From positions 2,688,001 to 2,752,000 of the forward strand of contig OY969695.1 of assembly GCA_963701965.1 (NCBI GenBank): a stretch of 64,000 bases of DNA. Direction: 5' to 3'. Below, piece after piece: positions 50,271 to 61,494 of the stretch. Every line of letters begins with the position of its first letter. The stretch's first letter is position 1. Under the pieces are notes generated by a model. That model saw only the letters and a program-made list of their open reading frames with translations, searched no databases and was not told where the DNA came from. A program made the translations under genes and the position numbers. This stretch comes from an uncultured Gemmatimonadales bacterium. Its GTDB lineage: Bacteria; Gemmatimonadota; Gemmatimonadetes; Gemmatimonadales; Gemmatimonadaceae.

Positions 50271-50899
50271 GTGGTGCGCCGCGTGGCGTTTGGGCCGTCG
50301 CCGCGGTGCTCGCGATGATGGGCGATGCGGTGCGCGGTCATGCGCAGCCGCCCGTCATCGATAGTCTCGTCGCGCAAGCGAACGCCGAGGGGTTGCCGGG
50401 CGACGTTCTCCGGGCCAAGGCGCTGGAGGGGGCGAGTCGCGGCGTGTCGAGTGAACGCATTGCGCAGGTGGTCGTCGCCTACGCCGGCGCGTTGCGCCTG
50501 GCGCGATCCATTCTGGCGGAAAGTGGAGAGACGCCCGCGCTGCGGGAAGAGTTGGTGGCCGTGGCGCAAGCGCTGACCGCGGGCGTGTCGCGTTCGGCTG
50601 CCGGGACGTTGGCGACGGCGGCGCATGCCCGGACCGCGGCGCCGCCGGTGACGGTACCGTTCGTGGTGACGGTCGATCTCGTGGCCCGCGGTGTCCCGGC
50701 GGATTCGGCGGCGGTGGGCGTCCAAGTGGCCGTGCGGCGCGGGGCGTCGGACGCGGAGCTGTCGCGGTTGCGAGAAGCGATCGCGCGGGACATTGGCGAC
50801 GGCGTGCCGCCGCTCGACGCGGCGATGGTCCGCAGTGGGGCGGATCCGGCACGGCCGGCGAGGCCACCGGCGACGTCGATGCCGCCCGTCCCCCCGTGA
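50267..50899 (+). CDS. Exported hypothetical helical protein
   Basis: Signal peptide, GLP..L.AKALEGASRG, DLVARGVP; GTGA-coupled on both sides. Confidence 0.75.
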   Translation: MSGAPRGVWAVAAVLAMMGDAVRGHAQPPVIDSLVAQANAEGLPGDVLRAKALEGASRGVSSERIAQVVVAYAGALRLARSILAESGETPALREELVAVAQALTAGVSRSAAGTLATAAHARTAAPPVTVPFVVTVDLVARGVPADSAAVGVQVAVRRGASDAELSRLREAIARDIGDGVPPLDAAMVRSGADPARPARPPATSMPPVPP

Positions 50900-52122
50900 G
50901 GTCCGTCCTGGTGGTCGTTTTCGTCGTCCTCGTCGGAGCCGTGAGCCCGACGCTGGACGCGCAGGCGCCACAGGTGCTGGGTGGTTCCGGCCGGGTGTTC
51001 GGCGCACCGTCGGCCACGAGCGCGCAGCTGGGTCTCGTCACGCCCAACGGGTTCGGTGTCGTGGATGCGACGTCCGACAATGGGACGACGGGGACACCGC
51101 GCACGACGTGGACGTCGAGTATTACGGGAGTTGTGCCGCTCGCGTCTCAAGGGCGCGTGGTCGGGAATGCGGTGTACGCGACGGCCGTGCGGCAACCGGG
51201 GTTCGCCCTGCGGTACGAGCGGGGCGTGGCATCCGGCGCGTGGGCTGGCGTTCGCGCGGGGCCGGCACGCCTCGACAGCCTGGGAGACGATCCGTGGGAT
51301 CCCGTCGCGCCGTCGTTCGTGTTACCGATGCCCCGTCCCGTCATCGGCGGGCCGATCGGGCTCGGGGGTGGAGTGTGGAGCCACCGGTGGGGCGTGGTGT
51401 TCGGTGCGTCGGTGACAACGGGTACCGAGGGATACCGTACACCGCACGTGTCTCAACAGTGGGTCTCCGCGTCGGTGGGTGGCGCACCGGATTCGACGGT
51501 GGCGGAGCTCGTCACTGACACGAGCATCTCGTCCAGAGCGGTGACGACGTGGTTGCTCAAGCTGTCAGCCCATCGCACGCTGTCACGGTTGACGCTGGAC
51601 GCGAGTGGCGGTGTGCTGTCGACGCCGGAGACATCCCGGATCGGGTGGGCGAGCGCGTCGGCGGCGTGGCGACTGCTTTCGCCGATCGCTGTCGTGGTCG
51701 CGGCCGGCACCCGAGGCGCAATGTTGGTGTCGCCGCTCGGCGGCGTGCGCGAACGGGCCTATGCCACGGGTGGGCTGAGCATCGGCCGGCCGGTCGCCGT
51801 TCGGACGCCGCGCACGAGCGACGCGGCGTCGAGCGATCTCCGGTACTGGCTGGCGCGGTCCGATAGCGGGTACACGCTCGAGATTCGGGCGAGAGACGCG
51901 CGGCAGGTCGAGGTGATGGGCGACGTGACGGATTGGCGGGCGGTGGTGTGCGATCCCGTACGCGGCGACGAGTGGAGACTGTCGACGCCGGTGATGCCCG
52001 GCGTCCATCAGCTGGTCGTCCGCGTCGACGGGGGGCGGTGGACGGTGCCCCCGGGGGCGTCGCGCGCCGTGAGCGAATTCGGCGACGTCGTGGGCGTGAT
52101 CGTCGCGCCAGTCCGGGGGTAA
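50896..52122 (+). CDS. Exported beta-rich protein with C-terminal CBM48-like domain
   Basis: Signal peptide, amphipathic beta strands, VEVMGD.TDW, PGVHQLVVRVDGG.W.VPPG, EFG. Confidence 0.75.
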   Translation: MRSVLVVVFVVLVGAVSPTLDAQAPQVLGGSGRVFGAPSATSAQLGLVTPNGFGVVDATSDNGTTGTPRTTWTSSITGVVPLASQGRVVGNAVYATAVRQPGFALRYERGVASGAWAGVRAGPARLDSLGDDPWDPVAPSFVLPMPRPVIGGPIGLGGGVWSHRWGVVFGASVTTGTEGYRTPHVSQQWVSASVGGAPDSTVAELVTDTSISSRAVTTWLLKLSAHRTLSRLTLDASGGVLSTPETSRIGWASASAAWRLLSPIAVVVAAGTRGAMLVSPLGGVRERAYATGGLSIGRPVAVRTPRTSDAASSDLRYWLARSDSGYTLEIRARDARQVEVMGDVTDWRAVVCDPVRGDEWRLSTPVMPGVHQLVVRVDGGRWTVPPGASRAVSEFGDVVGVIVAPVRG

Positions 52123-52134
52123 TCGCGGCGGCGG

Positions 52135-52848
52135 TCAACGCTCCCAGAGCTTGAATCCCCCGAGAAAGGCGTCGTTATTGTGGCCGCGTCGGCAACCGTG
52201 TGGCAGGCGCTTCAACTCCTTCGCGTTTCCGCCGCCGAGCACCAGGTCGTCGAGGAAGAGTCCCGACATCAGCCGGAGCGCAATCCGCTCGACGCGCTTG
52301 CCCCACTGCTTGCGCCCGCTCTGTTTCAGCCCACGAGTGCCAATGTAGTCCTCGAGCGTCCTCTTCCCGAAGGCGAGATTGCCCAGGCGCATCGGCAGGA
52401 CGGTGCCATCCATCACGAGCGCGCTGCCGAGTCCCGTCCCGAGTCCGAGAAATAGCATGACGCCGTGCCGGTAGCAGCCCAACGCCTGCATGACGGCGTC
52501 GTTCGTCAGTTTGACCGGGCAACCGAAGGCCGCTTCGAAGTCGAATCGTGTCCACCCCGGCGCGAGGTTCGGCGCCTCGCCGACGGCGTGTCCGTCATGG
52601 ACGCTCCCCGGGTAGCCAAGCGAGACGACGTCGTAGCTCCAGTGCTCGGCGTGCTCCTTCACGCCTTCGACCATCGCCGCCGGTGTCAGCGCCCGTCCCG
52701 ACGGGAACTTGCGGCGCTGACGCTGGCCGCTCGCCAGCATCTTGACGTTCGTACCGCCGACGTCGACGACCAGCACCTTCACGGCCTCACCCGTGTGCGA
52801 CCGATCATTCCCGCTCGTGCGACCGCGTGTCTTGGCTGGTGCCGTCAT
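52135..52848 (-). CDS. ROK-family kinase (polyphosphate glucokinase-like)
   Basis: VDVGGTNVK, LGYPG, NDAVMQALG, GLGTGLG, GGGNAK. Confidence 0.85.
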   Translation of the reverse strand: MTAPAKTRGRTSGNDRSHTGEAVKVLVVDVGGTNVKMLASGQRQRRKFPSGRALTPAAMVEGVKEHAEHWSYDVVSLGYPGSVHDGHAVGEAPNLAPGWTRFDFEAAFGCPVKLTNDAVMQALGCYRHGVMLFLGLGTGLGSALVMDGTVLPMRLGNLAFGKRTLEDYIGTRGLKQSGRKQWGKRVERIALRLMSGLFLDDLVLGGGNAKELKRLPHGCRRGHNNDAFLGGFKLWER

Positions 52849-54059
52849 AGGATCTCCCGATTCGGTCGCATTGCAACACCTGCTCCGATCACGCCCATCA
52901 CCTCGCGCAACATCGTGAGGTCCTCCCGCGTCTCCACGACGAGAATCCGGGTGCGGGACCCCTGCCGCGAGACATCGGCGTCCGGACGGCAGTTCGCGTT
53001 GGCGTCCGGATCCACATCGACGCCCAAGAACCCGAGCCCAGCGCAGCATGCGGCGCGGATCTCAGCAGAGTGCTCGCCGACGCCGGCGGTAAAAACGAGC
53101 GCGTCCAGCCCGCCCAGCGAGGCGCTGAGCGCGCCGATCGCCTGCCGCACGCGATACGTGTAGACCCGAAGCGCCAGAGCCGCCCGCTCGTCCCCGTTGG
53201 CGGCCGCGCTCAAGACTTCGCGCATGTCCCCCGAGGTCCCGGAGACGCCGAGCAATCCCGATTCGTGGTTCAGGATGTGCTCCACCTCCGGAGCGGTGAG
53301 GCCATGGTACGTCTGAACGTGCAGCACGACGCCAGGATCCAGGGCCCCGCTTCGTGTCCCCATCATCAGGCCGTCGAGCGGCGTGAAGCCCATCGTGGTG
53401 TCGACCGAGCGACCACCCAGCACGGCGCAGGCCGAGCAACCGTGACCCAAATGGCAAATGACGAGCCGCAGCGCTTCCGCTGGCCGGCCCAGCATCGCGG
53501 CCGCGCGACCCGCGCAATACGCGTGACTGAGACCGTGGAACCCGAAGCGGCGAATGTTCCAATCGCGGGCCCAGCGGCCTGGCACGGCAAAGGTGTAGGC
53601 CTCCGCCGGCAACGTGGCGTGGAATGATGTGTCGAACACCGCGACGTGCGGCACGTCCGGCAAGAGGGCTTCGGCCGCGGCGAGCGTCTCGAGCGCCGGC
53701 GGGTTGTGGAGCGGCGCCAACTCCGAGAGCTCGGCGATCCGTGAGCGTACCGCCGGTCCAATGGGGACCGCGCGCGTGAACTCGCCGCCGAACACAATGC
53801 GGTGTCCAACGGCACCAAACACGGATCCGTTCGCGCCTCGCGCTGGCGACGACGCGTAGTCTTCAGCCACACGCCGCACGGCCTCGGCGTGCCCTCGCCA
53901 CGGCACGTCCTCGGCCGCGCGCGCATCTCCAGTCGGGGAGAACGCATAGCGCGTCACCGGACCGGCCCAGTCGGCCGAGGCCTGCGCGATCACGCGACAG
54001 TCCTCAGCCTCCATGACCACGCATTTGAGGCTGCTCGATCCCGCATTCAACAGCAGCAC
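52845..54059 (-). CDS. ackA: Acetate kinase
   Basis: NAGSSSLK, GHRIV.GG, APLHN, FDTSFH, GFHGLSH, HLG.GCS, MGTRSG, FTAGVGE. Confidence 0.95.
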   Translation of the reverse strand: MLLLNAGSSSLKCVVMEAEDCRVIAQASADWAGPVTRYAFSPTGDARAAEDVPWRGHAEAVRRVAEDYASSPARGANGSVFGAVGHRIVFGGEFTRAVPIGPAVRSRIAELSELAPLHNPPALETLAAAEALLPDVPHVAVFDTSFHATLPAEAYTFAVPGRWARDWNIRRFGFHGLSHAYCAGRAAAMLGRPAEALRLVICHLGHGCSACAVLGGRSVDTTMGFTPLDGLMMGTRSGALDPGVVLHVQTYHGLTAPEVEHILNHESGLLGVSGTSGDMREVLSAAANGDERAALALRVYTYRVRQAIGALSASLGGLDALVFTAGVGEHSAEIRAACCAGLGFLGVDVDPDANANCRPDADVSRQGSRTRILVVETREDLTMLREVMGVIGAGVAMRPNREIL

Positions 54060-54061
54060 CC

Positions 54062-56527
54062 TCAGACGTTATCTCCTTCGGTCGAGGTGCCGCCGCCAGC
54101 CACCGCGGCGCCGCCCTCCCAGCGCCAGCCCACGATCTCCGGCATGTCATCGCCGTACTCCTCAATGTAGTGGCGGTGCTCGATCAAGCGGTCGCGGATC
54201 GCTTGCTTGAAATACGCCGCGCGCGCGCCGAGCTGCGGCACGCGATTGATCACGTCCTCGACCAGATCGAAGCGATCGAGCTTGTTCAGCACGACCATAT
54301 CGAAGGGTGTCGTCGTCGTTCCCTCTTCGTTGTAGCCGTGCACGTGGAAATTCCGGTGATTGGTGCGCGAATAGATGAGCCGATGGATGAGCGCTGGGTA
54401 TCCGTGAAACGCGAAGACGACAGGCCGGTCCTTGGTGAACAGCACATCGAACTCGTCGTCCGGGAGACCGTGCGGATGCTGCTTGGCCGGTTGGAGCCGC
54501 ATGAGATCGACGACGTTGATCACGCGAACCTTGAGCCGTGGCAGGTGACGGCGGAGGAGTTGGACGGCGGCCAGCGTCTCCAAGGTGGGAACGTCACCGC
54601 AACAGGCCATCACGACATCGGGCTCGACGCCTTTGTCGTTACTCGCCCACTCCCAAATGCCGATGCCGGCCGTGCAATGCTTGACCGCCTGGTCCATGTT
54701 GAGCCACTGCGGTGCAGGCTGCTTGCCCGCCACGATGACATTCACATAGTTGCGGCTTCTCAGGCAGTGATCCGTGACCGACAGGAGCGTGTTCGCATCG
54801 GGCGGCAAGTAAATCCGAACGACCTCCGCCTTTTTGTTCGCCACATGGTCGAGAAATCCCGGATCCTGGTGGCTGAAGCCATTGTGATCCTGACGCCAGA
54901 CGTGTGAGCTCAACAGGTAGTTGAGGGACGCGATGGGTCGTCTCCACGGAATGTGCCGGCAGGCGTTCAACCACTTCGCGTGCTGATTGAACATCGAATC
55001 GACAATGTGGATGAACGCCTCGTAGGAACTGAGGAACCCGTGACGGCCGGTCAGGAGGTATCCTTCGAGCCACCCCTGACACTGGTGCTCGGAGAGCACT
55101 TCCATCACGCGACCGTCCGGTGCCAAGTGATCGTCCTCGGGTCGTATCTCCGCGACATAGCATCGATTCGTCACCTCGAGGATGTCCTGCCAGCGATTGG
55201 AGTTGTTCTCATCCGGGCTGAACACGCGGAAGTTCTGATACCCCATGTTCAACTTCATGACGTCGCGCAAGAAGCGCCCCTGCACGCGTGTCGACTCGGC
55301 GATCGTGGCGCCGGGACTCGGGACGTCGGCCGCGTAACCGCGAAAATCCGGAAGGCGCAACTCCTTGAGCAGCGTCCCGCCGTTGGCGTGCGGGTTCGCG
55401 CTCATGCGGCGGTCGGCTCTGGGCGCCAGCTCCGCCAATTCGAGCACCAGCTTGCCCTCGGCGTCGAACAGCTCCTCAGGGCGGTAGCTCCGCATCCATC
55501 GCTCGAGGATGCTGATGTGCTCGGGTTGGTCCATGTCACCCATTGGGACTTGGTGACTCCGCCAGTAGCCTTCCTCCAACTTGCCGTCGATCTCGCGCGG
55601 ACAGGTCCAGCCCTTCAATGTGCGGAGCACGATCATCGGCCACGCCGGACGCTGCTCGATGCCGCGCTCCCGGGCGTCCGCCCAGATCCGTTCGATCTCG
55701 CCCACCACGTGATCGAGCGTCTCGGCCAACTCCTTATGGACGGCCTCCGGGTCGGTGCCCTCGACGACGTACGGCGTGTAGCCCATGCCCTCGAGGAGCT
55801 TCATGAGCTCACCCCTCGGGATGCGGTCGAGGTAGCACGGGTTGGCGATCTTGTAGCCGTTCAAGTGCAGGATGGGGAGGACGCACCCATCGCGTGCCGG
55901 GTTGAGGAACTTGTTGCCGTGCCAACCGGTGGCCAGCGGGCCTGTCTCGGCCTCGCCGTCGCCCACCACGCAGGCCACAATGAGGTCCGGGTTGTCGAAC
56001 GCGGCGCCGAACGCATGGGAGAGGGCGTAGCCGAGCTCTCCCCCTTCGTGCATCGATCCCGGCGTCTCCGGTGCCACGTGGCTTGGAATGCCACCAGGGA
56101 AGCTGAACTGCTTGAACAGCCGCTTCATCCCCGCCTCGTCCTGACTGATGTCGGGATAGACCTCGCTATACGTGCCTTCCAAGTACGCGTTGGCGACAAT
56201 GGCTGGTCCACCGTGGCCCGGCCCGATGACGTACATGATATCGAGATCGCGACTCTTGATGACCCGATTGAGGTGCGCGTAGATGAGGTTGAGACCGGGC
56301 GTGGTGCCCCAATGCCCGAGCAACCGCGGTTTGATATGGGCTCGCGTGAGCGGTTGGCGCAGGAGCGGGTTGTCGAGCAGGTAGATCTGTCCGACCGATA
56401 GGTAGTTCGCCGCGCGCCAGAGGGCGTCGATCTTCCTCAGCTCGTCGTCGGCGAAGCGAGGCGCCGCGGCACGAGCGCGACTGGTCTTTCGGTCGGCGGT
56501 CATCGGGTTTGGGATCGTCGTGCTCAT
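54062..56527 (-). CDS. xfp: Phosphoketolase (XFP/XPK)
   Basis: [53 protein letters not shown]. Confidence 0.97.
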   Translation of the reverse strand: MSTTIPNPMTADRKTSRARAAAPRFADDELRKIDALWRAANYLSVGQIYLLDNPLLRQPLTRAHIKPRLLGHWGTTPGLNLIYAHLNRVIKSRDLDIMYVIGPGHGGPAIVANAYLEGTYSEVYPDISQDEAGMKRLFKQFSFPGGIPSHVAPETPGSMHEGGELGYALSHAFGAAFDNPDLIVACVVGDGEAETGPLATGWHGNKFLNPARDGCVLPILHLNGYKIANPCYLDRIPRGELMKLLEGMGYTPYVVEGTDPEAVHKELAETLDHVVGEIERIWADARERGIEQRPAWPMIVLRTLKGWTCPREIDGKLEEGYWRSHQVPMGDMDQPEHISILERWMRSYRPEELFDAEGKLVLELAELAPRADRRMSANPHANGGTLLKELRLPDFRGYAADVPSPGATIAESTRVQGRFLRDVMKLNMGYQNFRVFSPDENNSNRWQDILEVTNRCYVAEIRPEDDHLAPDGRVMEVLSEHQCQGWLEGYLLTGRHGFLSSYEAFIHIVDSMFNQHAKWLNACRHIPWRRPIASLNYLLSSHVWRQDHNGFSHQDPGFLDHVANKKAEVVRIYLPPDANTLLSVTDHCLRSRNYVNVIVAGKQPAPQWLNMDQAVKHCTAGIGIWEWASNDKGVEPDVVMACCGDVPTLETLAAVQLLRRHLPRLKVRVINVVDLMRLQPAKQHPHGLPDDEFDVLFTKDRPVVFAFHGYPALIHRLIYSRTNHRNFHVHGYNEEGTTTTPFDMVVLNKLDRFDLVEDVINRVPQLGARAAYFKQAIRDRLIEHRHYIEEYGDDMPEIVGWRWEGGAAVAGGGTSTEGDNV

Positions 56528-56554
56528 GCAGTCCTCCTGAGCAGTTGTCTGGGT

Positions 56555-57677
56555 CTACTTGGTCACGGCGATCGATTTCCGGAACAGGATCACGCTGTAG
56601 GCGAAGAACGCCGTACCAACGGCCGCGACCATCGCGAAGTGGCGCCACACCGCGCTGATCCCGCCGCCACGGTAGATGATGATTTGCGAGAAGCTGACGA
56701 AGTGCCGCGACGGCAGAAAGTACGTGATGGCCTGGAGCCAGCTCGGCTGACTCTCGACGGGCGTCGATCCGCCCGACAGCAGCTGGAGCACGACGATCAC
56801 GAGGACGATCAGCAGCGCGAACTGCGCCATCGAACGCGCCATCGTCCCCAGAAAGACACCGAGCGCCGTGGCGAAGAACAGATACAGCACGACCCCAAAG
56901 AACCAGAGCGGCATCGAGCCTGCAAACGGCACCTGGAGCGCCATCCGCACGATCAGGAAGAGCGATGCGGCCGTCGCGACGAGGATGACGAGACTATTGG
57001 CCCACACCTTGGCCATGGCGATCTCGAAGGCAGTGAGCGGCATGACCAAGAGGTGCTCGAGCGTCCCGTGTTCGCGCTCGCGAATGACCGCGGCTCCGGT
57101 GAGGACCACGGTGAGCAGCGTCAGCTGGTTGATGATCGCCACGATGCTGGTGAACCATGCCAATGCCGTTCGGGTTGAACAGCTTGCGCACCACCAGATT
57201 CACGGACTTGGGCGGTGTGACATCGGTGCGACTGAGAAAGGACGCGATGCGGTCGTCAATGATGTTCTTGATATACCCGGAGCCAATGCCCGCCTGCTGC
57301 ATGGCGGTCGCATCGATACTCACCTGGATGTCCGGCTGACGACCCGCGCGCAGGTTCCGCTCGAACTGCGGCGGGATCGTCACGACGAACATGAATCGCC
57401 CTTCATCCATCACATCTTCCACCTCGCTGGTCCGGATCGGCTGGGCGAATTGGAAGCGGGGTGGGTAGAACGCGTTGAACAACTCCTGCGAGAGCGCCGA
57501 GCCGTCCTCATCCGCGAACGCGATCGAGGCATTGTTCACTTCGTTCGAGGTCCCCGTGGCCTGAGAGTAGATCGCCAGCGTGAAAGCGTAGATGACGAAC
57601 AGCACCATCACCCGGTCGCTGACCAGACTGCGGATCTCTTTGATCCCGAGCCAGAGAATGTTCAGCGCGGAGCGCAT
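56555..57677 (-). CDS. ABC-2 permease (YhhJ-like), frameshift at about 57160
   Basis: LGIKE, DATAM, FNPN in one frame; REREHGTLEHLLVMP, LSGGSTPVES in the next. Confidence 0.88.
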
Positions 57678-57679
57678 CC

Positions 57680-60475
57680 CTAACTCTCCTGCTTTTTCAG
57701 GCCAAGCGTGCTGATGGCCCACAGGATCGGGAACGAGCAGGCGAGTATGAGCAGATCGGGCGCCATGAGTCTGGGCATGAGTCCTTTGGTGTACGCCCCG
57801 AGGCTCGAGTGCATATAGTAGGTCGTTGGCCAAATCGTCCCCACAATGCGCGCGCCGCCTTCCAGCGTCGAGACCGGCTGCAAGAGACCGGCGAATTGGA
57901 GGGTCGGCTGGATGGTGAGAATCGCCGTCACGAAGACAGCCGCGACCTGCGTCTTGGTGAAGGTCAATGTCACCATGCCGACGCCCGTCGTCACGATCAG
58001 GTAGAGCAGCGTGCAGAGTGTCAGGAGGAGGAAGCTGCCCTTGATGGGCACACGGAAGACAATCAGCGCCAGGGCGGCCATGATGAAGAAGTTGATCATC
58101 CCGATGGCGACATAGGGGATTTGCTTGCCCAGCAGGTATTCGAACCGGCCCGTCGGCGTGACATAGAAGTTGATCATCGACCCCAGCTCTTTCTCCCGCA
58201 CGATGCTGACGGTCATGAGAATGGCCGGAATCAGGATCAAGAGCAGGGCCGGCACACTCGGCACGATCGAGTAGATGCTCTCGAAAGTCGGGTTGTACAT
58301 GTACCGTTCTTGGATCGATGCCGTGTACTTGGACCGCCCGGCGCCGAGCTCGGTGGCCCGATCATCCTCCAGTGTATTGTGCACGCCCCGGACGTACTGG
58401 GAGACGGTCTCCCCCCGGTAGGTCATGGCGCCGTCCACCTCGGCCAAGACATCGGGTTTGGAGCCCCGCCGGAAATCGCGGCCGAAATTCGGCGGGATCT
58501 CGAGCAGCAGCGAGATCTCGTCCCTGCGCATGCGATCGAGTCCGGCCACGTCCGACTGGGCCGGGCGCGTCGGCGTGAAGTACACCGCCGTTCCGGCGAA
58601 CTCCTCGAGATAGGTGCGGCTCTCGGGCGACCGGTCGTTGTCGAGCGCGGCGTACCGAATGTGCTCCACATCCGTGGTGATCCCGAAGCCGAACACGAGC
58701 ATGAGCAGCGCTGAACCAATGAACGCAAACGCCAGGCGGATCGGATCGCGGAGGATCTGCATCGTCTCGTTGCGCATGTACGCGACCATGCGTTGGAGTC
58801 CCTTGCCTTTCGTGGTCTCGTGTGGTGCCGCGTGGACGGTCGCGTCCGCTGCGACCGGAGTGGTCGTGGGCGTCGCCGCGGCGGGTGTGGCCGGTGTGGC
58901 CGGTGTGGCCGGTGTGGCGGTAGAGGCGATGGCATCCTCCATATAGGCGATGAATGCCTCTTCCAGGGTGGCCGCGCCGCGATCATCAATGAGCTTCTGC
59001 GGCGCGTCGCAGGCGAGCACTCGCCCCGCGTGCATGAGCGAGATGCGGTCGCAACGCATCCCCTCGTTCATGAAGTGTGTCGTCACGAAGATCGTCACGC
59101 CCTGGTTGCGCGACATGTCGATCAATACCTCCCAGAAGCTGTCGCGCGCGATCGGGTCGACCCCGGACGTCGGCTCGTCGAGGATGAGCATCTTGGGTTC
59201 GTGTAACACGGCGACGGCGAGCGACAGGCGCTGGCGGAGGCCGAGGGGTAGCGAGTCCGCCAGCGCATCGAGGTGAGGGCGCAAGCCGAAGCGATCGACC
59301 AGCGCATCGATGCGGGCTTCCGCCTTCTCTTTGGGGATGTGGAACAGTCGCGCGTCGAGCACCAGATTCTGCCGGATGGTCAATTCGCCATAGAGCGAGA
59401 ACGCCTGGGTCATGTACCCGAGGTTGTTGCGCACCACGAGACTTCCCGCTTCGACCGAGCTGCCGAACAGTGTCGCCGTTCCCTCGCTCGGCGGAAGCAG
59501 TCCGGTCAGCATCTTCATGGTGGTCGACTTCCCGCAGCCGTTGGAGCCGAGGAAGCCGAAGATCTCGCCCCGCTCGATCGACAAGGTCACATGGTCGACC
59601 GCGGTGAAGGTGCCGAAGCGGCGCGTCAGACCCTTGGCATCGATGGCGATGTCCGAGGCGCCCGCGGGTCGCGGCGGAATCGTGATGTCGGTGTGCCCTT
59701 GGCGCAGCGCTTCCGGCAGGAGCGCGATGAAGCAGTGCTCCAGGTCCGCGCTGTGCGTCCGCTCCATCAGCTCCGTGGGCGTGCCCGTCGCGAGCACCTG
59801 GCCGGCGTTCATCGCGACAATCCAGTCCCACTGCTGTGCCTCGTCCATGTAGGCGGTCGAGATGATCACGCTCATGGTCGGCCGATCGGCCCGGATGTCG
59901 TTGATCAACGTCCAGAATTGCCGTCGCGACAAAGGATCGACGCCGGTCGTGGGCTCATCGAGGATGAGGAGGTCGGGGTCGTGCACCAGCGCGCCGCAGA
60001 GGCCCACCTTCTGCTTCATGCCCCCCGAGAGCTTGCCCGCGGGCCGGTCGGGGAATGGCGCGAGCCCCGTCGCCTCGAGGAGTTGCGGGACGCGGGCGGC
60101 GCGCTCGGCGGCCGATAGGCCGAAGAGCCGCGCCATGAAGTCGACGTTGTCGTACACGCTGAGCTCGAGGTAGAGGTTCTTCCCCAACCCCTGCGGCATG
60201 TAGGCGATTCGAGGACAGACGGCGCGCCGGTGCCGGACGTCGTCAATGTTGCCACCGAGCACCGTCACCGTGCCCTGCTGCAGTTTCTTCGAACCCGCCA
60301 CGATCGCCATGAGCGTCGACTTGCCGACGCCGTCCGGGCCAACGATGCCCACCATGAGGCCACTCGGGATGTCGAGAGAGATCCCATCGAGCGCCGTCAC
60401 CTTCCCATAGTGGTGGGTGACATTCTTGATCGACACCACTTGTTGCCGAGACGTTCCGACCCCGGTGGACATCAT
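57680..60475 (-). CDS. rbbA: RbbA-type ABC protein (two ATPase domains plus permease)
   Basis: GPDGVGKS, YMPQGLGKNLY, LSGGMKQK, GSNGCGKS, VREKELGS. Confidence 0.93.
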   Translation of the reverse strand: MMSTGVGTSRQQVVSIKNVTHHYGKVTALDGISLDIPSGLMVGIVGPDGVGKSTLMAIVAGSKKLQQGTVTVLGGNIDDVRHRRAVCPRIAYMPQGLGKNLYLELSVYDNVDFMARLFGLSAAERAARVPQLLEATGLAPFPDRPAGKLSGGMKQKVGLCGALVHDPDLLILDEPTTGVDPLSRRQFWTLINDIRADRPTMSVIISTAYMDEAQQWDWIVAMNAGQVLATGTPTELMERTHSADLEHCFIALLPEALRQGHTDITIPPRPAGASDIAIDAKGLTRRFGTFTAVDHVTLSIERGEIFGFLGSNGCGKSTTMKMLTGLLPPSEGTATLFGSSVEAGSLVVRNNLGYMTQAFSLYGELTIRQNLVLDARLFHIPKEKAEARIDALVDRFGLRPHLDALADSLPLGLRQRLSLAVAVLHEPKMLILDEPTSGVDPIARDSFWEVLIDMSRNQGVTIFVTTHFMNEGMRCDRISLMHAGRVLACDAPQKLIDDRGAATLEEAFIAYMEDAIASTATPATPATPATPAAATPTTTPVAADATVHAAPHETTKGKGLQRMVAYMRNETMQILRDPIRLAFAFIGSALLMLVFGFGITTDVEHIRYAALDNDRSPESRTYLEEFAGTAVYFTPTRPAQSDVAGLDRMRRDEISLLLEIPPNFGRDFRRGSKPDVLAEVDGAMTYRGETVSQYVRGVHNTLEDDRATELGAGRSKYTASIQERYMYNPTFESIYSIVPSVPALLLILIPAILMTVSIVREKELGSMINFYVTPTGRFEYLLGKQIPYVAIGMINFFIMAALALIVFRVPIKGSFLLLTLCTLLYLIVTTGVGMVTLTFTKTQVAAVFVTAILTIQPTLQFAGLLQPVSTLEGGARIVGTIWPTTYYMHSSLGAYTKGLMPRLMAPDLLILACSFPILWAISTLGLKKQES
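58884..58918. repeat. 9-bp tandem repeat (GGTGTGGCC) x3.9 in the rbbA linker
   Basis: Encodes (ATP/TPA)n in frame. Confidence 0.8.
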
Positions 60476-60486
60476 CAACCCATCCC

Positions 60487-61488
60487 TCAGTTGCCGACCT
60501 TGGAGGTGCGAGTCGTTGCGCCCTGCAGCCAGGCGGGCCACGGCGCCGCGGCGTTCACCTTCACGTACCCGATGCCCCGCACGCCCGTCTTGATCTGGTC
60601 CACGTACTCCATCACCAGATCGCGCGGCACCTGGATCTTCACGCGGAACATCAGCTTTTCCCGCTCGCTGCGCGTCTCGACCTGCTTCGGCGTGAACTGC
60701 GCTTCCGGCGACACGAAACTCACTTGCGCGGCGGCCGCCCGGTCCGGTTGATAGTCGACCGTAATCCGCGCGTCGGCGCCGACCTTGACCGCGGCCGCTT
60801 GCTCGGCGGGCAGGAAGATCTCCATGTACACGTCCTCCAGATTCACCAGCGTCAGCGCCTTCCCGCCCGGCGCCAGCACCTCGCCCGGCTCGGCGAGGCG
60901 ATACAGGACGCGACCCACCACCGGCGACACGAGAGTGGCGTCGGCGATGCGGGTTTGTATGGTCGCCACGTCGGCGCGCGCCACCGCGACATCCTGACGT
61001 GCCGCGGCGAGCCGGGCCTGCTCCTCGACGAGGGCAGCCTGGGTCGTCTCCAGTACGGTGTTGCGCACGTCGCTCTCCCGCTGCGACCCGGCGCGCTCGG
61101 CGACCAGCGCGTTGGCGCGCTGCGCTTCGATTTTCGCCAGCCCGATCTCACTCTGCTGTCGGACGATCGCCGCTTGCGCCACGGCGATCTGCTCCTGTGC
61201 GGCTGCCACGCGCGCCTTGGCTTCCGCGAGCTGCGACTCGAGCGTGGAGACGTCCATGTGCACGAGCACCTGCTCGGGCTTCACCAGATCGCCTTCCTCG
61301 ACCAGAATCTCCTTCACTCGCAGCGGCTCCCGGGCCGCGACGTCCACCAGCTTGGCCTCGATGCGGCCGTTCCCCGACGCAATCCCGGCCGGCAACGCCG
61401 ACTGCTTGGACTTCCAGTAGCGATAGCCAAAGAAGCCTGCCGCGGCGACCACCACCACCGCGAGGATCCATGTTCCACGCTTGGACAT
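60487..61488 (-). CDS. HlyD-family membrane fusion protein (YhiI-like)
   Basis: ASGNGRIEA, EPGEVL, AQFTPKQVET..EREKLMFRVK. Confidence 0.93.
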   Translation of the reverse strand: MSKRGTWILAVVVVAAAGFFGYRYWKSKQSALPAGIASGNGRIEAKLVDVAAREPLRVKEILVEEGDLVKPEQVLVHMDVSTLESQLAEAKARVAAAQEQIAVAQAAIVRQQSEIGLAKIEAQRANALVAERAGSQRESDVRNTVLETTQAALVEEQARLAAARQDVAVARADVATIQTRIADATLVSPVVGRVLYRLAEPGEVLAPGGKALTLVNLEDVYMEIFLPAEQAAAVKVGADARITVDYQPDRAAAAQVSFVSPEAQFTPKQVETRSEREKLMFRVKIQVPRDLVMEYVDQIKTGVRGIGYVKVNAAAPWPAWLQGATTRTSKVGN

Positions 61489-61494
61489 CGTGCA

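Noticed and set aside
58884..58918. Phase-variable repeat in rbbA
   Set aside because: The 9-bp unit preserves the frame and lies in a flexible linker.
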